Origin: Planctomycetaceae bacterium
Lineage (GTDB): Bacteria > Planctomycetota > Planctomycetia > Pirellulales > Pirellulaceae
Direction: 5' to 3'
Length of the DNA: 64,000 bases
Assembly: GCA_043775635.1 (NCBI GenBank)
Contig: JAYVSE010000111.1
Span: 11,002-75,001 of the forward strand
The notes below the pieces were generated by a model. That model was not told the DNA's origin. It ran no database searches and was given only the letters and a program-made list of their open reading frames with translations. Positions 18,468 to 25,891 of this stretch are shown here, one piece after another; within the stretch, counting starts at the first letter, position 1, and every line of letters starts with the position of its first letter. The position numbers and the translations under genes were made by a program.

Positions 18468-19646
18468 ATGGCCGTGTGGATGATCATGCACGAAGCATGT
18501 TGCGCGGCGATCGACTCACCCGTATACTTCACGAAACTCACTTTACGTGCCGTGAACGACGCCTCTCCAGACCATCGGCTACCCGACGACACTGCACCTT
18601 TCCCGTCAAGTTCTGAAACGGTCGTCGGGCTTGTTTCTGTACCAGACCAGAGTCCGTCGAGTCTGTCCAATGGCGAGGTCATTCCGGCGTTCGCACGACC
18701 CGGCGAGTTGACGGATTCCAGTCTTCGTGTCCGCCTCGCAGAAGCCCGGGAGGCGTGGCTGACCCGATCGCCCTCCCTGCAAACGCGCGACTGCTATGCA
18801 CGCGATCTCCAGCAATTTCTCGGGTTCGTCGGTGCTGCTCCCAACCAGCTCGAAACACTCGTGACGATCCGCCCGGCGCAGGTTGCCGCGTGGCGGGATC
18901 AACTACGCGAACGCGGCCTCGCGAATGTCTCGATTCTCCGAAAGCTCACGGTCCTCCGTTCACTCTTCTCGTACCTCCAAACCTACGGCTACACCGGGGC
19001 GAACCCCGCTCACAGCAGCTTCGTCCAGGCTCCGAGTGTGCCGCGCGATGGCAAGACTGTCGGTCTCTCCCCACAAGACTGCCGACGCCTGCTCGAAGCT
19101 CCCGATCTTGATACGCCGGTCGGTCTCCGCGACCGGGCCATCCTCGGTGTCCTCGCCTATTCCGCGTGTCGAGTCGGAGAACTCGCCCGGCTCCGCGTGC
19201 GGGACTTCAAGGAAAGTGGTGGGCACAAGGTGCTCGAACTCTTCGGCAAGGGAGGAAAGGAACGTCGTGTCCCGCTGCATCCCGAAGCCGTCGAACGCAT
19301 CCTCGCGTGGCTCGACAAGGCTGGCCTGCGCGACGATTCGCACGGGCCGATGTTCCGGGCAACGGCGACCGCTCGCGGACAAGGCCGCGATGGCTTCAGG
19401 CCCTCACCCCTCTCGAAGCGGGCGATTCAAGCCCTCGTGAAGCAGTATGCCCGCGAGCTGTGTCTCGATCCGGCGGTGACAGTGCATTCACTCCGGGTGA
19501 CGGCCCTCACCACGGGTCGCGAACGGGGAGCCGACATCATCGATCTGCAAGACTTCGCCGGACACGCCGATCCGCGCACGACACTCACCTACATTCGCAG
19601 TCGTGATCGTCTGAGCAAAAGTCCCACATACACGCTGCGGTATTGA
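18468..19646 (+). CDS. Tyrosine recombinase / phage-type integrase
   Basis: Core-binding-type N-terminus (TRDCYARDLQQFLGF...QVAAWRDQL). Catalytic region: GLRDRAILGVLAYSACRVGELARLRVRDF...HSLRVTALTTGRERGADIIDLQDFAGHADPRTTLTYI (R...HxxR...H...Y). Confidence 0.85.
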   Translation: MAVWMIMHEACCAAIDSPVYFTKLTLRAVNDASPDHRLPDDTAPFPSSSETVVGLVSVPDQSPSSLSNGEVIPAFARPGELTDSSLRVRLAEAREAWLTRSPSLQTRDCYARDLQQFLGFVGAAPNQLETLVTIRPAQVAAWRDQLRERGLANVSILRKLTVLRSLFSYLQTYGYTGANPAHSSFVQAPSVPRDGKTVGLSPQDCRRLLEAPDLDTPVGLRDRAILGVLAYSACRVGELARLRVRDFKESGGHKVLELFGKGGKERRVPLHPEAVERILAWLDKAGLRDDSHGPMFRATATARGQGRDGFRPSPLSKRAIQALVKQYARELCLDPAVTVHSLRVTALTTGRERGADIIDLQDFAGHADPRTTLTYIRSRDRLSKSPTYTLRY

Positions 19647-19738
19647 TGCGAAAGCGGGGGGATTGCGATCCATGTGTACCAGGAGTACACCCGTCTTTGA
19701 GAACAGCGCCAAGACTATTCATTCCCGCCCGACACTCC

Positions 19739-20056
19739 ATGATAGAACCCCACAAAGCAACACGGTACATGGCAACATACATCGCAATCGTTGTGCGAAA
19801 CGCGATGGAGGGCTTCCATTGTCAGCATCTGTCCGACAGACAGATGAAGGAACTGAATCCAATCATCCGCAATGCTATCTGCACAGCGCTACATGCCGCA
19901 AACCTCGCCGATTCGTCGTCAGCCGCCATGCGGTTCATCGACTACCACAACCAGTCTATCCCGCGCTATTGGGAAGATCCCGTTCTGCTGGATGGCTTCA
20001 GGCAGATGCTGGAACAGGAAGAGGTAGAACGCCGACCGAACGATCAGGAGCAGTGA
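19739..20056 (+). CDS. Hypothetical protein
   Basis: ATG at 19739 inside ORF 19643-20056 gives MIEPHKATRYMATYIAIVVRNAMEGF... No motif recognised. Confidence 0.4.
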   Translation: MIEPHKATRYMATYIAIVVRNAMEGFHCQHLSDRQMKELNPIIRNAICTALHAANLADSSSAAMRFIDYHNQSIPRYWEDPVLLDGFRQMLEQEEVERRPNDQEQ

Positions 20057-20093
20057 GTCCCACATGTTTGGCGGACGCATCCACTCGTTTCCT

Positions 20094-20438
20094 TCACTGC
20101 CGGGGTTCCAAAGGATGTAGTCCCGCTGCGTGGCGGACCATCTGGCATTGGTCGTCACCGGCCTGCATGGCGACGCACTCGTTGGGGCGAGTCGGGTAGA
20201 TCGAACATCGCTTGTCGGCGGCCATAAACGGGCAGGGGCGTTCAGGTCCGCACGCGAGCAGAATCACGAGGCCAAAGTCGTTCTGAAACTTCTCCACCAC
20301 CTGTTCCGCAGACTGGCCCGCGAGATGCGGGTCAGCTTCGATGAGTCGAGGCTCTCGCAACAGATCAATCGCGTCCGCTTCGACTATCAGACTGCCGTTG
20401 CAGCACGCGCCGCATTGATCGCACTCAAATCGAGTCAT
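20094..20438 (-). CDS. YkgJ-family (CxxCxxCC) Zn/Fe-chelating cysteine-cluster protein
   Basis: The internal ATG at 20438 gives MTRFECDQCGACCNGSLIVEAD...CPFMAADKRCSIYPTRPNECV. The upstream part of ORF 20094-20840 overlaps the methyltransferase gene and looks non-coding. Confidence 0.7.
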   Translation of the reverse strand: MTRFECDQCGACCNGSLIVEADAIDLLREPRLIEADPHLAGQSAEQVVEKFQNDFGLVILLACGPERPCPFMAADKRCSIYPTRPNECVAMQAGDDQCQMVRHAAGLHPLEPRQ

Positions 20439-20446
20439 AGAGAGTT

Positions 20447-20456
20447 GGGGGGGGGG
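20447..20456. repeat. G10/C10 homopolymer tract in the 5' leader of the YkgJ-like gene
   Basis: Ten consecutive G on the plus strand (C10 on the coding strand). It sits 9 nt upstream of the ATG at 20438 and downstream of the methyltransferase stop (20477). Confidence 0.9.
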
Positions 20457-20476
20457 AAGAGAGTCGTCAGAAGCCT

Positions 20477-21259
20477 TCAGAAGAGATGAAGCTGAGATTG
20501 TGGGCGAGGCGGCGAATCGTCGTGGCGTGTTGTTTGGTCTTCGGTGGTCGATGGCTCTGAATGAGCGGGCGTTGGGAACGATGCTTGTTCTTGGACCGGA
20601 GCGGGACATGATTCGAGCGGTACTTCGCGGATGAAGCCTTTCAAGTTGAAGCCGGTGCGGTAGACGAGCCGCTGCTCGTTCTTGAAGCTGTTGCCCCAGA
20701 TAATGTAGCCGTACAGGTTCCTCAGCGCGAGGTTGATGGCCGTCATGCGGACGCATCTCAGGTCGATGTCCTGCCCGACGAATTCCCAATGTGGTCGAAC
20801 GTCCGCCGCCGCCAGCAGCATTCGTCCAGAGCCGCAGCACGGATCACAGACCGTCCTCCGCGTCCCCGCTTGTTGGTCGTCGTCTTCACCCAGCGTCATC
20901 CTCGCCATCATCTGACAGATCGGTTCGGGCGTGATGAACTGCCCAGCCTCGCCGTAGCTGATGCTCCCCTGAAAGAGGTCGCCCAGGATGTCTTGGCGAG
21001 TCTCTTCCATCGCGTTCACGAGTACCCCGAACGCGCGGGCGATGGAATCGCAGCCTCGTTTTCCTGGCTTGCCTGCGGAGTGTTTCTTCACGGTGGCGAG
21101 GTACTGCTCTTCCATTTGACTGCCGGAAAGAGCGCAGACGGTCATCTGTAGGAAGTCCTCAAAACTTTGTCCGCGACTGACACCACTGCGGTGAGATGCC
21201 TCTTCAACGAGATCGAAGACGGGCCGGGTTTCTGGGTAGAGGAACGATTCCTTGGGCAC
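20477..21259 (-). CDS. Class I SAM-dependent methyltransferase, N6-DNA-methylase-like, short form
   Basis: GTG start. FITPEPICQMMARM, motif I VCDPCCGSGRMLL, acidic motif II FVGQDID. I do not see the catalytic (D/N)PP(Y/F) motif; the protein ends soon after IIWGNSF. Confidence 0.55.
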   Translation of the reverse strand: MPKESFLYPETRPVFDLVEEASHRSGVSRGQSFEDFLQMTVCALSGSQMEEQYLATVKKHSAGKPGKRGCDSIARAFGVLVNAMEETRQDILGDLFQGSISYGEAGQFITPEPICQMMARMTLGEDDDQQAGTRRTVCDPCCGSGRMLLAAADVRPHWEFVGQDIDLRCVRMTAINLALRNLYGYIIWGNSFKNEQRLVYRTGFNLKGFIREVPLESCPAPVQEQASFPTPAHSEPSTTEDQTTRHDDSPPRPQSQLHLF

Positions 21260-21295
21260 ACGATAAGGGGAAAGGATTCAGAGTGGAAAGCGGTT

Positions 21296-21847
21296 TTAGA
21301 AGAGGTGACCTCGCTTGGCGGACGGTGCCACTGAGACAGGGACCGTCGGTGCAGTCGTGAGTTGAACTTCAGCAGCAGCCGGGTCTGATGGCGATGGCAC
21401 AATGGGTTCTAGTGTCACTGGTGCGACGGGTTGTCTGATCGCAGCCATGAGTTTGGCTCGTGCGTCGTCGAGTGCCGTCAGGAACATGTTGAGTTGTTCC
21501 TGCCCGACGACGGTCATGGCTTCCGCGATCTCGGACACGAGTTCATCGAAGACCTCGGGTGAGATGCCCGCAGAGTTCTTCGGCTCCAACGTGTAAGTGC
21601 GCAGCTCAAGATGCGAGGCGGCATCCGGGGTGAGCGGATCGCGGGCCATGCGAGTGACTCGCGTGTGCTGGATCGGACGGCCGGGGATGCCGTTCCGAGT
21701 GACCCAGTTCAGATCTTCGCGAATGTCGTCGAGGACATCTCGCACGACGCGGACTTCGTCGGCCAGTTTCTCTATGACATCAGTCAGTCGTTCGGCTTGC
21801 TGGCGACGGGGTGACGCGGGAGCCGTTGCGGGAGAAGATTTTTTCAT
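21296..21847 (-). CDS. Hypothetical protein
   Basis: ATG at 21847 (MKKSSPATAPA...). Same strand and operon as DUF932 and the methyltransferase. No motif recognised. Confidence 0.45.
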   Translation of the reverse strand: MKKSSPATAPASPRRQQAERLTDVIEKLADEVRVVRDVLDDIREDLNWVTRNGIPGRPIQHTRVTRMARDPLTPDAASHLELRTYTLEPKNSAGISPEVFDELVSEIAEAMTVVGQEQLNMFLTALDDARAKLMAAIRQPVAPVTLEPIVPSPSDPAAAEVQLTTAPTVPVSVAPSAKRGHLF

Positions 21848-21957
21848 GAACGGTGCGGGAAGGCAGCGTGCCATCGAAGCCGCAGTGCGTCAAGAACACA
21901 GTACGTCAAGAAACCCCGAGCGTCATGCTCGGGGTGGGTCAGAGGATGGTGCTGGCG

Positions 21958-22989
21958 TCAGGCGGACAGCCCCAGGAGTTTGGACACTTTTTGATCGGCT
22001 TCCGTGCGGTCGCCGGCATAGGTCAGGCTCACGTTTTGCTGGGTCAGGGCATCGACCAGATTCCACAGCGTGAACGGTTTCCCTGCTTCGCCGAGTTGCT
22101 TCACCGCACGGGCCACAGCTTCCTTGCCGAGGTCGTACTTCTGAAGCGTCTTCATAACTTGTTCGGCTTCGTCGCCGAGCTTCTCGTGCATCGCCTTGCG
22201 GACGACGGCGGCGAACGAATCGCGTCGTTCGTCCCGCCGGGCCGCTTGCAACTCGATCAGTCGGCGGACCTCGTTCAGCGACTCGCGCACGTTACCCGTG
22301 TGTTTGCGCGTGAACTCGGTGACATCTCTTGCGTCCCACACGATGTGGTTGCAGCAGACCTTCTGAAACCAGAACGTCTGAATGCCAAGCGACCGTTTCC
22401 CGACTTCGCTGTTCCAGACGAAGAAACCCGGACAGAAGTCCTCCCCATCGACCTCGATCCAACCGCTGGGGTCGATCAGGAAGCAGAACAAGTCCTGCTC
22501 GCCGCAGTAGAGGCCGGTGGCCTCGTTGAAGGCCGTTTGAGGCGGTCCATAGTCGTCCGCAACCTCGCGGACAGCGGCCAGCAAATCGGCATTCCACAAT
22601 CGGCTGTAGGTGACACCGTGGACCGACCGAAGTCGATCTCCCGTCGCCAACAGTTGCAACGGCCGGTCGCCCTGCGGCAGCGTCTCGCGGAGAATCCGAC
22701 TCGCGGTTTCACCCGAGACGCGGTTCACCGTGTCCTTGCTCACCAGTGCCAATCGGCAGAGCTGTGAAAAGCTCCAGTCGTTGAGCCGAACCGTTCCCTC
22801 GGTTCCCGTCTTGAGCTGGACCTGCCCGAAGTCGTCTTCGGCAACCTGGAGTTGCCCCGGTGGCTTCCACAGGTCGCGAGATTCGCGCTGCTGCGATCGA
22901 CAGTGATCGAGCATCGCCTCGACGGACGGAAAGCGTTCGTCGGGGGCACGGCGATAGAGTTCGCGGTGCGCGTGCATCAGTGTGGCCAT
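21958..22989 (-). CDS. DUF932-family protein (plasmid/ICE establishment-region protein)
   Basis: ATG at 22989 is preceded by AGGAGA. FVWNSEVGKRSLGIQTFWFQKVCCNHIVW matches the DUF932 signature (NSHDGxxx...FRxVCxNG). The Arg-rich 5' extension of ORF 21958-23370 was rejected. Confidence 0.7.
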   Translation of the reverse strand: MATLMHAHRELYRRAPDERFPSVEAMLDHCRSQQRESRDLWKPPGQLQVAEDDFGQVQLKTGTEGTVRLNDWSFSQLCRLALVSKDTVNRVSGETASRILRETLPQGDRPLQLLATGDRLRSVHGVTYSRLWNADLLAAVREVADDYGPPQTAFNEATGLYCGEQDLFCFLIDPSGWIEVDGEDFCPGFFVWNSEVGKRSLGIQTFWFQKVCCNHIVWDARDVTEFTRKHTGNVRESLNEVRRLIELQAARRDERRDSFAAVVRKAMHEKLGDEAEQVMKTLQKYDLGKEAVARAVKQLGEAGKPFTLWNLVDALTQQNVSLTYAGDRTEADQKVSKLLGLSA

Positions 22990-23231
22990 GACATCGTCTC
23001 CTGAAATGCGAAAGAACATGACGCCGGACAAGGAACATCCCCGTACCGCACCTGCTCGAAAGTGAGCAAGCAGTTGCAGGATGCCTGCTCCGAACAGACA
23101 AGCGCAATTGACGCGGGCGAGTTCGCGTGTCCTGACGTTTTCATTCCGCAGACTAACTTCGCAGCACGCGACGGGCTGGTTTCCAAGAACGGCTCTCTGC
23201 AAGGCAGAGAGCCGGGGACGAGAGCGTCGCC

Positions 23232-23552
23232 TCAGAACGGTGTTGGTCCCGCACTCCCTTCGCCGTCCTGGCCGGGGAGCGGTGTCTCGTAGACATACTC
23301 CTGGGCCTTCTGGAGCGCGAAGATCAGGGCTGGCAAGTCGGCCGGATTGTAGGAACCGGCGTCCCTCCATTCCTTGCCTTCCTTGTCATAGTACCGACGC
23401 GGGTTGATCGTGATGTTGCGGAACGAACGGAGACCATCGTCGGTCTCGGTCGTGTTGAGCCAGATCGCGACGCCCACGCCGCTGGCGAAGGGGCCAATCT
23501 TCTTCTCGGGATGCACGGACGTTTTTTCCTCGACGGGCTTGGACTTGGCCAT
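23232..23552 (-). CDS. Small conserved-looking hypothetical protein (106 aa)
   Basis: ATG at 23552 gives MAKSKPVEEKTSVHPEKKIGPFASGVGVAIWLNTTETDDGLRSFRNITINPRRYYDKEGKEWRDAGSY... A PC4/ssDNA-binding-like fold is only a guess. Confidence 0.5.
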   Translation of the reverse strand: MAKSKPVEEKTSVHPEKKIGPFASGVGVAIWLNTTETDDGLRSFRNITINPRRYYDKEGKEWRDAGSYNPADLPALIFALQKAQEYVYETPLPGQDGEGSAGPTPF

Positions 23553-23764
23553 GACGGGTCTCCTGACGGATGGCGGGTGCGAAGGACCGAACGCTCTCGG
23601 GGAGCGCGTCACGACACCGTGACGCAGAGACCACGCTGCCCCAACAGCAGACGAAGCGCAAGAGGATCTGACGGAAGCATCTCCCGCACCGGGAACATCC
23701 GTCGCAGGAAGTCGCCGCGAGTCAAATCCCCGTGCTTCTCGGCACGGGGGGAGCGTCCTGCTCG

Positions 23765-23998
23765 TCAGCGCTTGGCGCGTTTGCGAGCCTGTTTGACATC
23801 GACCAGCACGAACAGACACGTCGTGTGGGCGATGTTGCGATGCCACGTCTTGCCCAAGCGGCTGTGGCCAACTGTCGTGGGTGGGAAGCCTCCCCGGTCG
23901 AGCCAGTTCAAAAGCCCCGTGGCGAGTTCTTCGGCTCGATCCCAATCTTTCAGAGAGCGGGCTTCCAGCAGTTCCTTCCAGGCAGCATGCGGGTCCAT
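23765..23998 (-). CDS. Small 'MDPH...GGFPP' family protein, paralog of the partial ORF at 63722
   Basis: ATG at 23998 gives MDPHAAWKELLEARSLKDWDRAEELATGLLNWLDRGGFPP... Compare 63722: MDPHQTFLDMFQAMKDEDHATARELAQALQCWFAKGGFYPD. Confidence 0.5.
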   Translation of the reverse strand: MDPHAAWKELLEARSLKDWDRAEELATGLLNWLDRGGFPPTTVGHSRLGKTWHRNIAHTTCLFVLVDVKQARKRAKR

Positions 23999-24157
23999 AC
24001 GATGTGTCCTCGATACGGGTCTGTGAACGAGCGAAACGCTCTGATTCCTGCTCCGCATGGAACAGGGACACGACCGTAGCGCGAGCACCTGCGGTGCGCA
24101 ATGGGCGCAGAGTCTCCTTGGACTCCTTGTCCCGAGAACGCGAGGTATACTCCCCGC

Positions 24158-24556
24158 ATGGCACTCACCATTTCCGACAAACAGCTCGAAGCTATCGACG
24201 TGCAACGGCAACCTCTGGTGGTGCGGCACAGCCGCACCGATAAGGGGTATGTCGTGATGCCGAAATCTGTTTACGAGGCTTTGCGACCGTTGATTGAGTT
24301 CATGCAGACGATGAGTTCCGTTCCGGCGGACGCTGGGGAGACGACCTGGACGGACGCCATGAACGCTCGACGCGGGGCGCTCATCTGTAAGAAGTACGAA
24401 TCGAAGCTCACCGCTGATGAGAAGAGGGAACTCAAGGCGTTGCAGCAGGAGGTTGACGTGTTCGCGGAACGTGTCGCCGGTCCCCGCAATGAAATGCTGG
24501 AGTTGTTACTGCTCGGGCTGGAACACAAGGCCGCTCGGCAGAAAGCCACAGGCTGA
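24158..24556 (+). CDS. Hypothetical protein
   Basis: ATG at 24158 (MALTISDKQLEAIDVQRQPLVV...). No motif recognised. Confidence 0.45.
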   Translation: MALTISDKQLEAIDVQRQPLVVRHSRTDKGYVVMPKSVYEALRPLIEFMQTMSSVPADAGETTWTDAMNARRGALICKKYESKLTADEKRELKALQQEVDVFAERVAGPRNEMLELLLLGLEHKAARQKATG

Positions 24557-24708
24557 TTGGCTTGAACGCATTCCATGAATCGGCCCGCCCACGGACTGGC
24601 GGTGCGAAGCGGTCAACTTCGCGGGGACATCATTCGCAAGTTTGCCAGCCACTTTCGGAAGATAGAAAACCGACTCCCTCACTTGGAGAGCAACGATAGA
24701 CTGCCGCC

Positions 24709-24978
24709 ATGAGCCAGCCTTCCCCGTCCAATGTTCTTGACGAGTTGCTTGATCCCGTCAGCCGTTGCCTGACGCCTGACGTGGCGCGCCGCATCGCGGG
24801 GCTGCGAGCCTCGCCGCAGGTCCAGAAAAAACTGGACGACCTTGCCGAGAAGTCCACCGAGGGGACGCTGACGGCCGCCGAGCGGTGGGAGTATGAAACG
24901 TGCGTCCGGGTGATCGACTTCATCAGCATGTTGCAGGCCAAGGCCCGCGCCATGATCGCCTCTGACGTTTCGAATTGA
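24709..24978 (+). CDS. Small antitoxin-like protein, paralog of the HNH-associated gene at 25479-25769
   Basis: The C-terminus GTLTAAERWEYETCVRVIDFISMLQAKARAMI parallels GTITPAEQSTLEEYILTGEFLDLLHVKARRTL in the neighbouring gene. Confidence 0.5.
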   Translation: MSQPSPSNVLDELLDPVSRCLTPDVARRIAGLRASPQVQKKLDDLAEKSTEGTLTAAERWEYETCVRVIDFISMLQAKARAMIASDVSN

Positions 24979-25080
24979 TCGGATGTCGTGAGTCCTGGCG
25001 GATGATTTTTCTACGCTGCGGACTCCACCTGAACGGCGGGAGTGTCGTCATGGAAAAATCGCACCCGATGGTCGGCATTC

Positions 25081-25482
25081 TTATGTAAAGAACAATCCAT
25101 CTTCCATGAGCGACTTCCGGAAGATCACCCGTCGATCAGAGTTGATTCGGAGCAGCGCGATTGTGGCTTGGGCAATTTCCGTCTTGCCCCGCAGCACCGC
25201 ACCGTCCCACCAGAAATGATCGTTCCAAGCGTCTGTGCGGGGGTGGAACAATCGCACGAGTTCGTCGGTGCCGGGCACGTAAGCCGAGGCATCGCTCCCC
25301 TTGAAGTCGTTGCATCGCGCGCAGGCCCAAGCGAGATTCAAAAGCACTGTGGGGCCGTCATGTTTCACGGCGCGAATGTGGTCCGCCTCATGCGGCACCT
25401 CCGTCACCCAGTCGGGTAACTGACAATACTCACACCGCCCCTGGGCGCGCTGCCGCACCTGTTCTCGCAGGGCGGGATTCAT
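25081..25482 (-). CDS. HNH endonuclease
   Basis: RCEYCQLP...HEADHIRAVKHDGPTVLLNLAWACARCNDFKGSD is the HNH/Cys-box signature. ATGA overlap with the upstream small gene. Confidence 0.85.
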   Translation of the reverse strand: MNPALREQVRQRAQGRCEYCQLPDWVTEVPHEADHIRAVKHDGPTVLLNLAWACARCNDFKGSDASAYVPGTDELVRLFHPRTDAWNDHFWWDGAVLRGKTEIAQATIALLRINSDRRVIFRKSLMEDGLFFT

Positions 25483-25769
25483 TGGGCAGACAAACCACTC
25501 TGCCGCAAAGTGCGTCGAGCCTTCACGTGGAGCAGATCAAGAAACTCGCCCGTGAGGATATATTCCTCCAGTGTGGACTGCTCGGCAGGCGTAATCGTGC
25601 CGGCGTTCTTCTTCTGGAGCAACTCGCGGATACGATCTTTCGCCCCCTCCTTGAGATGCAGTGACAGCAACTCCCGCGCAAACTGCGGGCTCTCCATCGG
25701 GCCTTCAGGCTCAACGATGTCGGTCAGAATGCCAGGTGATGGAAGAGTGGCTTCGGGGTTCATGTCCAT
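25479..25769 (-). CDS. Small protein translationally coupled to the HNH endonuclease (putative cognate antitoxin/regulator)
   Basis: Its stop overlaps the HNH start (ATGA at 25479-25482). See the paralog at 24709. Confidence 0.6.
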   Translation of the reverse strand: MDMNPEATLPSPGILTDIVEPEGPMESPQFARELLSLHLKEGAKDRIRELLQKKNAGTITPAEQSTLEEYILTGEFLDLLHVKARRTLRQSGLSAQ

Positions 25770-25891
25770 ACTCTACCACGATCGGGGGAGAGCGTCGAGT
25801 TTTTCTAAGATGCAGTCATCGAGCACACGAACGGATGTCCACGACGCGCGGAGCGGTCGGGAAGACGGACCCCTCAAACAGAGGAAACGGG

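Noticed and set aside
17972-18682. 236-aa ORF on the minus strand spanning the end of the Cys-rich gene and the integrase start
   Set aside because: It overlaps two better-supported plus-strand genes and has no motif.
20439-20840. 5' extension of the YkgJ-like ORF to 248 aa
   Set aside because: It overlaps the 3' half of the methyltransferase gene in another frame and is Arg/Pro-rich. The Cys-cluster domain starts right at the internal ATG (20438).
21853-22767. 304-aa ORF on the plus strand
   Set aside because: It is antisense to the DUF932 gene, whose NSxxG...VCCN signature and RBS support the minus-strand reading.
23553-24164. 5' extension making a 310-aa ORF (23232-24164)
   Set aside because: The extension is Arg/Ser/Pro-rich and overlaps the separately supported small gene 23765-23998 in another frame. 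The internal ATG at 23552 gives a compact, well-composed 106-aa protein.
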